Positions 26,215 to 37,200 of a stretch of DNA of 64,000 nt are shown here, piece by piece; position 1 is the first letter of the stretch, and every line of letters starts with the position of its first letter. Both the position numbers and the translations under genes were made by a program. The notes beneath the pieces were generated by a model. That model did no database searches, was not told the origin of the DNA, and worked only from the letters and a program-made list of their open reading frames with translations. Location of the stretch: the NCBI GenBank assembly GCA_002269645.1, contig NIVC01000441.1:62001-126000 (forward strand). The letters are read 5' to 3'. Source of the stretch: Macrostomum lignano. Its lineage: Eukaryota.

Positions 26215-26572
26215 TTGACGCCTCCGAGGTGGCACCCCTACCCCATGACGCCCCCATCCCTAATAAAAATTCATGGCTATGCATCTTTTATACTCGTAAA
26301 GTATGTACTTGTAGTATACAAAAACCTCGATTATATTTTAGAATCACAGGTCCAAAGTCAAAGGATGAAATCATATTCCTTATACCACCAAACAACACTA
26401 CCCGGCAGTCAAATGGCAGTATCAGTTGCGTAATTATTAACAGTGGGACTGATTCACTTTGGAGTTTGAGGGGGAAAATCGTATTGTCTGCCGCGTGGAG
26501 ATCGCGAACTGATCTGAGTTAACGGATTCAACAATAATCAAATCGCAATTGTTAACTATTGCAGCAGCAGAG

Positions 26573-28997
26573 ATGAAGTTCAACAAGAGCGTCACCAGCT
26601 CCAAGCGGAAGAATCGCCAGCGCTATTTCAATGCGCCGTCGCACATTCGACGCAAGCTGATGTCGGCTCCGCTGTCCAAGGAGCTGCGCACCAAGTACAA
26701 TGTCCGCTCTATGCCCATCCGCAAAGACGACGAGGTGCAACTTGTCCGGGTCACCACAAGGGCACCCAGACTGGCAAAGTGGTGGCAGTCTATCGTTCCA
26801 AGTATGTCATCCACGTGGAACGGATTCAAAGGGAGAAGGCTAACGGTGCTACCGTCTATGTTAACCTGCATCCTAGCAAGGTAATAATGGACGGAAGTTC
26901 TGCTTTTTTAGACGTGACCCCTCTATTACTGTTCACCATTTCGCTTCAAGTTCACCGAAAAAAGATGTAAGGCATTTAGGCTTCCCGGACACCCATCTTA
27001 GCCTTTACAGACAACCATCTTAGCCTGGACACCCATCTTAGGCTCCACTAACACATCTTAGGCTTCCCGGACACCTATCTTAGGCTCCACAGACACCCAT
27101 CTTAGGCTCCACAAACACCCATCTTAGCCTTTACAGACACCCAACTTAGCCTTCACAAACACCCATCTTAGGCTTCCCGGACACCCATCTTAGGCTCCAC
27201 AGACACCCATCTTAGGCTCCACAGACACCCATCTTAGGCTCCACAGACACCCATCTTAGGCTCCACAGACACCCATCTAAGGCTCCACAGATACCCATCT
27301 TAGGCTCCACAGACACCCATCTTAGGCTCCACAGACACCCATCTTAGGCTCCACAGACACCCATCTTAGGCTCCACAGACACCCATCTTAGGCTCCACAG
27401 ATACCCATCTTAGGCTCCACAGACACCCATCTTAGGTTCCACAGACACCCATCTTAGGCTCCACAGACACCCATCTTAGGCTCCACAGACACCCATCTTA
27501 GCCTTTACAGACAACCATCTTAGCCTGGACACCCATCTTAGGCTCCACTAACACATCTTAGGCTTCCCGGACACCTATCTTAGGCTCCACAGACACCCAT
27601 CTTAGGCTCCACAAACACCCATCTTAGCCTTTACAGACACCCAACTTAGCCTTCACAAACACCCATCTTAGGCTTCCCGGACACCCATCTTAGGCTCCAC
27701 AGACACCCATCTTAGGCTCCACAGACACCCATCTTAGGCTCCACAGACACCCATCTTAGGCTCCACAGACACCCATCTAAGGCTCCACAGATACCTATCT
27801 TAGGCTCCACAGACACCCATCTTAGGCTCCACAGACACCCATCTTAGGCTCCACAGACACCCATCTTAGGCTCCACAGACACCCATCTTAGGCTCCACAG
27901 ATACCCATCTTAGGCTCCACAGACACCCATCTTAGGTTCCACAGACACCCATCTTAGGCTCCACAGACACCCATCTTAGGCTCCACAGACACCCATCTTA
28001 GGCTCCACAGACACCCATCTTAGGCTCCACAGACACCCATCTTAGGCTCCACAGACACCCATCTTAGGCTCCACAGACACCCATCTTAGGCTCCACAGAC
28101 ACCCATCTTAGGCTCGGCTCCCTTCGGCTTGAAGAACACCCCTCCAATGACGCTGTTTTCGGATCTAGAAACGCACACCTTTGCCATATTAGCTTCTACA
28201 CACGCATGCACCTGTCCTGACTGCATCGTCTGAAATTCTTTAATATAAAAGCAACTTTTTTTCGTCTCTTGCTCTCATGCGAAGCAAAAATGATTGGAAA
28301 CCAGTCTTTTGATAATTTGTAAGGCCAGACATTTGAGTACTATTTTACTCATCAGGCAGACTAAGCTTCCTGCTATTTAGTATGGTTAGCGTGTTCTCGA
28401 CTCGACTGCTGGTTTTTCTCTCCCACTAATAGACTTGAACTATTGACTTTCAATTTTTGACTTTTACATGCTGCTCAAAAACATTTTAAGAACCCCATTG
28501 CAAAATACCTATTAAAAATCGCCCCCAAACCCTCATTAGGAATCGCCCAGCCCCATTAGGAATCGCCCCCAACCCCATTATGAGTCGCCCTCAACCCCAT
28601 TAGGAATCGCCCCCAACCCCATTAATAATCGCCCTCAACCCCATTAGGAATTGCCCCAACCCCATTAGGAATCGCCCCAACCCCATTAAGAATCGCCCCA
28701 ACCCCATTAGGAATCGCCCCAACCCCATTAAGAATCGCCCCAACCCCATTAAGAATCGCCCCGACCCCATTAGGAATCGCCCCCAGCCCCATTAAGAATC
28801 GCCATAACCAAACTTTCAAGAGCCGCAGTCTTCACTTCAAAGACCCTCACCTATGAATTCCGCCTCAGGTGGTGATCACGAAGCTCAAGCTGGACCGGGA
28901 CAGGCGCGGCCTGTTGGACCGCAAAGCCGCCGGCAGGGCCCGAGGCGCCGAGAAGGGCAAGTACTCCGAGGCCGATGCCAACGCGATGGAGGCTTAA
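26573..28997 (+). CDS. RPL26: 60S ribosomal protein L26 (uL24); exons 26573-26880 and 28869-28997, apparent 1-nt deletion at 26748-26750
   Basis: [39 protein letters not shown]...DEVQLVR, then in a shifted frame [32 protein letters not shown]...HPSK|[16 protein letters not shown] intron; AATAAA at 29108. Confidence 0.93.
26970..28115. repeat. 22-bp minisatellite (ACAGACACCCATCTTAGGCTCC) in the RPL26 intron, with a 500-bp higher-order duplication
   Basis: Tandem units; the same block of variant units starts at 27001 and again at 27501. Confidence 0.96.
28518..28803. repeat. 21-bp minisatellite (CCCCATTAGGAATCGCCCCAA) in the RPL26 intron
   Basis: About 13 tandem copies ending ~65 bp before the acceptor. 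Confidence 0.93.
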
Positions 28998-29249
28998 AAG
29001 CTAGCCTAACTGTGCCGTTGTGTCTGTTAGCTTGATTGACAGTTTTGTTTAGTCGAGTGTACGGATGAGTTCGGTAATGCGTTAAATCAGATGGAGACAG
29101 AAGCTGAAATAAACTGTATGAGTTGGTCTGATCGTTTGTTTATTGTTGCTTGAGAAGTGGAAACAAAATTTAACAAGAGAGGTCTTCATTTTTGACTTGT
29201 AACTCTAGTGTAATTCAAATTTGTCTGAAAGATTTGCGAGGGGATTAGC

Positions 29250-29990
29250 GGGACTGGGCACTGATGAGGCAAGTCCATCGAGGAGACTGGGCACTGATGA
29301 GCCAGGTACATCGAGGAGACTGGGCACTGATGAGGCAGGTACATTGAGGAGACTGGGCACTGATGAGGCAGGTACATTGAGGAGACTGGGCACTGATGAG
29401 GCAGGTACATCGAGGAGACTGGACACTGATGAGGCAAGTACGCGTACATCGAGCAGACTGGGCACTGATGAGGCAGGTGCATTGAGGAGACTGGGCACTG
29501 ATGAGGCAGGTACATTGAGGAGACTGGGCACTGATGAGGCAGGTACATCGAGGAGACTGGACACTGATGAGGCAAGTACGCGTACATCGAGCAGACTGGG
29601 CACTGATGAGGCAGGTGCATTGAGGAGACTGGGCACTGATGAGGCAGGTACATTGAGGAGACTGGGCACTGATGAGGCAGGTACATTGAGGAGACTGGGC
29701 ACTGGTGAGGCAGGTAGATTAGCAAGACTGGGTACTGATGAGGCAAGTACATCGAGGAGACTGGGCACTGATGAGGCAGGTACATTGAGGAGACTGGGCA
29801 CTGGTGAGGCAGGTAGATTAGCAAGACTGGTTACTGATGAGGCAAGTACATCGAGGAGACTGGGCACTGATGAGGCGGGTACATCGAGGAGACTGGGCAC
29901 TGATGAGGCAAGTACATCGATGAGACTGGGCACTGATGAGGCAGATAGATTAGCGAGACTGGGTACTAATGAGACAGGTAGGAGATTAAG
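29250..29990. repeat. 33-bp minisatellite (GGGCACTGATGAGGCAGGTACATTGAGGAGACT) with 39-bp variants
   Basis: Tandem units downstream of the RPL26 polyA signal. The unit length is a multiple of 3, which produces spurious long ORFs. Confidence 0.95.
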
Positions 29991-31854
29991 AGTCTGGGCA
30001 ACTGCTGAGACAGGCAGATTAGGCAGTCTGATAGGCAGCTATCTAATTGGTGCTGCACACTTCTAAGAAATGAAATTAGCGAATTTAGTCGCGCGATATC
30101 GATTCGCCTGCGCGCGAATTATTTTCAGCTGGGAGCAGTACTCCGGGGAAAATGTACCTGCCGAAATTTGAATTGAGATTCTACGATAGAATCCAAACAT
30201 CGATTCATGTTATATATGCAAACATTTCAGTGCATTAGAGCGAGCTGCCTCTGTCTCTGAGTCTGCACCTGACGATAGACTTGTCTCTCCCGATTATGTT
30301 TTTGTCTATTGAGCTGCCAAGCCCATTGCTCACGCGCTGCATTCTCGGCCTCGCTATGCAGCCAGCTGGGCTTGACGAAACAGGATCGGAAAGGGGAATT
30401 GAGGGCGAAAAATCCCCAGTTTTCTTTCTCGCATCATACACCACCCAACCCTAGGGGATGGAGCGGGGGAGTGGTTGGGTGGAAACTGGGGGAGCAGCAG
30501 CCAGTGTCTCCCTCAGGCCCTCCTTTTTTGAGGAAAAATGGGGAACGCAGCCTATTCATCGATCAGCAACCCCAACACACAGATGCAGGTTGCACGTTGC
30601 TGCCAAGTATACTTCCTCTTTCTCCGCCTCTTTCCTGCTGAATCCCCCCCCCCTGCTCAGATCTGCCTGTCCTTGGAGTGCTTGCCCACTTTGCTCCAAG
30701 TTCTGAGTTTCCAGGGCTTATAGTTCGTGTTATTGCCGTGCAGCAGTCGATTTTAGCTGGCCTATGCCTCACTCCCACACTTCTTTCGCCTTGCCTCCGC
30801 CTACGCAGTCCATGGTTTTATTAAACCATTCTTTCTCTCTTTCTCTATCGAGCTTTTGTTTAATTCGATCTGGAAGCTGTCCTATGGTAGCCGCATTCGT
30901 AAACTTGCCGTCTATGTGCGTGTATTGTCTCAGGCCGCGGGGCAGGGGTTCTCGTCATCTAGCCGTCGGTCTGCCTGTCTTCTCCCCTTCGCATGGGATC
31001 AGCTCCTCAGTATAAGTCTCCCTGTAGAAGAGATACTGGCAGGGATCAGAGGAGGGGGAGGCTGATCAGCGGGATGGATGATGAAGCCTATATCGCCTGC
31101 CAGGGGGTTGAGCGCGCTCCCCAGAGGCGCGGGCTCTAGCCAAGATGATCGGCGGAGCAGAGACAGAGTGAGCCTGTGAGTCGGGATCAGGCGGACTGGG
31201 ATTTGCCCGCGATTCGATGGGGCATCCCTAGCTATATTAGACAGGGGGAAATATCGGGTCGAAATCGGCTGAACTTTCTCTTCCTCTAGCCGGTTCCTCC
31301 CCATACTCGTCTTTCAGATCTCCAATCTCTCCGCCCAGCTCTCTCTGCTCCCTTCTTTCCTTTTCCGTCATTTTTTTAATCTCCAGCGCCCTTGCCCCGC
31401 GGGCTGGCGCCGCAAGCCCGAAAGGCCCTTTCTTCCCCTTTTAGCCTCTGCCAAACGCCTTTACCCCTGTCTCCGAGGCCTTCATGCTTCTTCTCTGTAG
31501 TCGAGCGCCCCTCGCCCGTTCCTCCCCTCCCTCCCTGCTCAGGCAATATCACTCTCCTCTGCTGTCCCTGTCACCATCGGGCCTCATGCAGCCAGTGTGT
31601 TGAATTTTATTGGCAATGGGGAGAAGCTGCCGCTAGTTGGAGAAAAAGGTTCAGGAGAGAATGGAAGGGAGGAGACCGGGGGGACGGGCTTGAAGGGGGG
31701 TTGCCAGCGCTTCTTGTCCAATCACTATCCGCGAGTTCCATGCAGCTTCCCTCCGCGTCCACGCGACAGTAGACGCTTTAAGGTAGACGCTCTACTCGGG
31801 AGGGAGGGCCGGTTTTCCTAGAGTCGGTTGGCAGATTCCCAGAGTCCGGCCAGG

Positions 31855-33743
31855 ATGTGCTCCCTGAGATCGTTCTTCAGCCGCATGCTGGCTGGGTTCT
31901 TCGAGTACCGCCTGCAGAAAGTGGTGGTGATTCGCAGCGTCAAGTTCGGCCTGTTCTACCGCAGCGTGCAGCTGTCTGTCATTGTCTACTTCCTGTTCTA
32001 CATTATCTGGCACAAGAAAGGCTACCAGGTTATGGAGACGCCGGAGGGCGGCGTGGTGTTCAAAGTGAAGGGCCTGGACTTTGTGAACAGGTCGGGAGAT
32101 CCGGACTACGGCGCCAGAGTGTGGGACTCGGCCGATTACATCATACCACCGATCATGAATGGCGCCATTTTCATTACAACAAATGCTCGGGTGACCGACA
32201 AGCAGGCCATGAGCGAGTGTCCGGAGTCGGTCGGCCACTGCCATCAGGACGGCGATTGTCCGGCCGGCAGCATCAGCAGTCAGGGCCGGCGCACGGGCCG
32301 GTGCAGCCCGGACACGAGAACCTGCATCAGCTACGGCTGGTGCCCGGCGCCCAGTCAGGACGCCTTCAACCTGCCAGTCGGCTCGGTGCTCACCCGGGCC
32401 AGAAACTTCACCGTCCAGCTAAAAAACAGCGTCGATTTTCGAGCATTCGATAAGAAACGGCGCAACATCCTGGACTGGATGACCAGCGAGTACCTGAACA
32501 CCTGCCTGTACGACAAGGCGCACCCAAACCTCACCTACTGCCCAGTGTTCCGCCTCGGCGACATCCTCGCCTATTCTGGCACCACCAGCGAGGAGGTCTA
32601 CAAAATCGGCGGCGCGTTCGGCATCGACATTTCCTGGCAGTGCAACTTCGACCTGCCGGAGGAGCACTGCCTGCCCAAGTACCACTTCCGCGAGCTGGAC
32701 ATCGGCAAAGGCACGGACATTGAGGGCTTCTCCGTGCAGTACGCCTACAACTACAGGAGCGAGGGCCAGGACCGTCGGATGCTGGTGCACGCCTACGGCA
32801 TCAAGATCTTCGTCACGGTCAGCGGCGAGGGCGGCCGGTTCGATTTCTACAGACTGTCGATGAACCTGGGCAGCGGCCTGGCCCTGTTCGGCCTGTCCTC
32901 CATGCTGTGCGACGTCATCCTGCTGCGCATCGCCAGCCAGAAGCAGCGGGCCAGCCTGCAGCGGGCGCGCGTCGACTATTGCGACGTCGGGCGTCGGCGT
33001 CGGCGGAGCGCCGGGGCACTAAGAAGGAAGACGAGAGAGACGGGAACGAGTCGAAAGAAGAAGACCAAGATGAGTTCGAGGAGGACGACGAGGCAGCGCC
33101 GGAGGAGCTGGAGATGGAGTACCAGTCGGGCCGGTCCAGCGAGGATGTCGACGAGGAGAGCGCCGGGGAGGAGGCGCGCAGCGCCAGCCGCCGACGGTGC
33201 CACCGGGAGCAGAGGAGGCGTCGACATCGTCAGCGATGCCAACGTCACCGTCAGTTGAACCAAGGCAGCTCGCCGGTGCTCCGGCAATGGCAGCAGCAGC
33301 AGCAGCCGGAGAGGTCGCGAACTCCGCCATCGCCGCTGCTTCCGCAGTTCGCCGCCGCTGGCGTCGCCTCCAAGGCGCTGCCGTATCCGCCGCCGCCGCC
33401 GCCGCTGTGCCTGCAGGAGCCGCTGCTGGCTCGGCAGCCTCCCCGACCTCATCTGCTCGCCGATCAGCGGCAGCCGCCGCCGCCCTACAGCGCTGGGCCG
33501 GCGCGGCTGTTGGTCGGCTGCAACGGCTGCGAGAGATGCTCGAACTCCGGCCGACGGGCCAGGCGGCTGGGCCCGCGCTACGCCGAGAGCAGCTTCTGCG
33601 GCGACGATTTCAACGACGGCGCCACCACCGGCAGCGGTGACGCCGGCGTTGCCGATTTTGGCGCCTACCGGCCGCCGCGCATTGTGCGCCGTTACTATGG
33701 CGACAGCTCGCAGTCGCCGATCGCGCGCGAGACGCTGATCTGA
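31855..33743 (+). CDS. Intronless P2X-family trimeric ion channel with a long C-tail; apparent 1-nt deletion at 32989-32991
   Basis: FFEY..QKVV N-terminus, TM1, KVKG, WDSADY, 10 ectodomain Cys, NFT, CPVFRLG, AYGI and TM2 GSGLALFG..CD. After YCDVG, codon-biased sequence continues in the 32907-33743 frame. Subtype cannot be assigned. Confidence 0.92.
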
Positions 33744-34250
33744 GCTTTGAGTTCGTTTTCTTAGAAGTCAGTGACCACGTGATCCCGATTGGATTTTAAC
33801 AAATGCAAAATTTGTGAAATACCAGACTGGCGTGAATTCGAATCCGTATAAGATGATTGCATATAATATTCACTAATCACGCACGTCCCAACTGGCCAGA
33901 AAAAATCTGCATGCATATAATACTAATTAATAGATAATAATAGTAGTATTACTGATACCTCTGCCTGGCTGACAGCCTTTCGGCAACCTACATTTAATTC
34001 TCTATTATAATCCTCCCAACGGCTCCGGCTAAACAGTTTTGTGCGCCACGGATTGAAATACACACTGCGCCATTTACTCAACTCTGTCCAGTGCGCAGTT
34101 CGAGTCAACTGCCGCAATTTGTGTCTCTGGAAAACTAATTACACTAATTAACAGATTAGTCTCAGTTAAAGGAGAAAGAGCTTTTTCTTGCGCGACTGCG
34201 TAAAAAACCATGTATTGAAGTAGTACATTGTGTGCACTTGATAGCTAATC

Positions 34251-37200
34251 TGTCTACCCTGGATCCCCATTCTGTAGCTACCCTGGAACCCCATTCTGTA
34301 GCTACCCTGGAACCCATTCTGTAGCTACCCTGGAACCCCATTCTGTAGCTACCCTGGAACCCCATTTTGTAGCTACCTGGGAACCCCATTCTGTAGCTAC
34401 CCTGGAACCTATTCTGTAGCTACCCTGGAACCTATTCTGTAGCTACCCTGGAACCCCATTCCGTAGCTACCCTGGAACCCCATTCTGTAGCTACCCTAGA
34501 ACCCCATTCTGTAGCTACCCTGGAACCCATTCTGTAGCTACCCTGGAACCCCATTCTGTAGCTACCCTAGAACCCCATTCTGTAGCTACCCTGGAACCCC
34601 ATTCTGTAGCTACCCTGGAACCCATTCTGTAGCTACCCTGGAACCCCATTCTGTAGCTACCCTGCAACCCATTCTGTAGCTACCCTAGAACCCCATTCTG
34701 TAGCTACCCTGGAACCCCATTCTGTAGCTACCCTGGAACCCCATTCTGTAGCTACCCTGGAACCCCATTCTGTAGCTACCCTGGAACCCCATTCTGTAGC
34801 TACCCTGGAACCCATTCTGTAGCTACCCTGGAACCCCATTCTGTAGCTACCCTGGAACCCCATTCTGTAGCTACCCTGGAACCCCATTCTGTAGCTACCC
34901 TGGATCCCATTCTGTAGCTACCCTGGAACCCCATTCTGTAGCTACCCTAGAACCCCATTCTGTAGCTACCCTAGAACCCCATTCTGTAGCTACCCTAGAA
35001 CCCCATTCTGTAGCTACCCTGGAACCCCATTCTGTAGCTACCCTGGAACCCATTCTGTAGCTACCCTGGAACCCCATTCTGTAGCTACCTTGGAACCCCA
35101 TTCTGTAGCTACCCTGGAACCCAATTCTGTAGCTACCCTGGAACCCATTCTGTAGCTACCCTGGAACCCATTCTGTAGCTACCCTGGAACCCATTCTGTA
35201 GCTACCCTGGAACCCCATTCTGCAGCTACCCTGGAACCCATTCTGTAGCTACCCTGGAACCCCATTCTGTAGCTACCCTGGATCCCCATTCTGTAGCTAC
35301 CCTGGAACCCAATCTGTTGCTACCCTGGAACACATTCTGTAGCTACCCTGGATCCCCATTCTGTAGCTACCCTGGAACCCAATCTGTTGCTACCCTGGAA
35401 CACATTCTGTAGCTACCCTGGAACCCCATTCTGTATCTACCCTGGAACCCATTCTGTAGCTACCCTGAATCCCCCTTCTGTAGCTACCCTGGAACACATT
35501 CTGTAGCTACCCTGGATCCCCATTCTGTAGCTACCCTGGAACCCAATCTGTTGCTACCCTGGAACACATTCTGTAGCTACCCTGGAACCCCATTCTGTAT
35601 CTACCCTGGAACCCATTCTGTAGCTACCCTGAATCCCCCTTCTGTAGCTACCCTGGAACACATTCTGTAGCTATCCTGAAACCCCATTCTGTATCTACTC
35701 TGGAACCCATTCTGTAGCTATCCTGAAACCCCATTCTGTATCTACCCTGAATCCCCCTTCTGTAGCTACCCTGGAACCCCATTCTGTAGCTACCCTAGAA
35801 CCCCATTCTGTAGCTACCCTGGAACCCATTCTGTAGCTACCCTGGATCCCCCTTCTGTAGCTACCCTGGAACACATTCTGTAGCTATCCTGAAACCCCAA
35901 TCTGTATCTACCCTGGAACCCATTCTGTAGCTACCCTGGAACCCCATTCTGTAGCTACCCTGGAACCCCATTCTGTAGCTATCCTGAAACCCCATTCTGT
36001 ATCTACACTGGAACCCATTCTGTAGCTACCCTAGAACCCCATTCTGTAGCTACCCTGGAACCCCATTCTGTAGCTACCCTGGAACCCCATTCTGTAGCTA
36101 CCCTGGAACCCCATTCTGTAGCTACCCTGGATCCCATTCTGTAGCTACCCTGGAACCCCATTCTGTAGCTACCCTAGAACCCCATTCTGTAGCTACCCTA
36201 GAACCCCATTCTGTAGCTACCCTAGAACCCCATTCTGTAGCTACCATGGAACCCATTCTGTAGCTACCCTGGAACCCCATTCTGTAGCTACCCTGGAACC
36301 CATTCTGTAGCTACCCTGGAACCAAATTCTGTAGCTACCCTGGAACCCATTCTGTAGGTACCCTGGAACCCCATTCTGTAGCTACCCTGGAAGCCATTCT
36401 GTAGCTACCCTGGAACCCCATTCTGCAGCTACCCTGGAACCACATTCTGTAGCTACCCTGGAACCCCATTCTGTAGCTAACCTGGATCCCCATTCTGTAG
36501 CTACCCTGGAACCCAATCTGTTGCTACCCTGGAACACATTCTGTAGCTACCCTGGATCCCCATTCTGTAGCTACCCTGGAACCCAATCTGTTGCTACCCT
36601 GGAACACATTCTGTAGCTACCCTGGAACCCCATTCTGTATCTACCCTGGAACCCATTCTGTAGCTACCCTGAATCCCCCTTCTGTAGCTACCCTGGAACA
36701 CATTCTGTAGCTACCCTGGATCCCCATTCTGTAGCTACCCTGGAACCCAATCTGTTGCTACCCTGGAACACATTCTGTAGCTACCCTGGAACCCCATTCT
36801 GTATCTACCCTGAAACCCATTCTGTAGCTACCCTGAATCCCCCTTCTGTAGCTACCCTGGAACACATTCTGTAGCTATCCTGAAACCCCATTCTGTATCT
36901 ACCCTGAATCCCCCTTCTGTAGCTACCCTGGAACCCCATTCTGTAGCTACCCTAGAACCCCATTCTGTAGCTACCCTGGAACCCATTCTGTAGCTACCCT
37001 GGATCCCCCTTCTGTAGCTACCCTGGAACACATTCTGTAGCTATCCTGAAACCCCATTCTGTATCTACACTGGAACCCATTCTGTAGCTACCCTAGAACC
37101 CCATTCTATAGCTACCCTGGAACCCATTCTGTAGCTACCCTGGATCCCCCTTCTGTAGCTACCCTGGAACACATTCTGTATCTACCCTGGAATCCCTTTC

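Noticed and set aside
28120-28240. Possible intronic C/D snoRNA in the RPL26 intron (AATGACG ... CTGA)
   Set aside because: The C box is degenerate, there is no terminal stem, and I could not verify rRNA complementarity.
29250-29990. CTGATGAG in every 33-bp unit suggested tandem hammerhead ribozymes or C/D snoRNAs
   Set aside because: There is no GAAA core half or helix II/III pairing in the unit, and no terminal stem or guide for a snoRNA.
30240-31800. Many short overlapping ORFs upstream of P2X, and similar tracts at 24.2-25.1 and 59.0-59.6 kb
   Set aside because: No codon bias, domain motif or splice structure; probably old decayed repeats or regulatory DNA.
32985-32995. Programmed ribosomal frameshifting in P2X or RPL26
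   Set aside because: There is no X XXY YYZ slippery heptamer, and both shifts are single missing Gs in homopolymers, typical of long-read consensus error.
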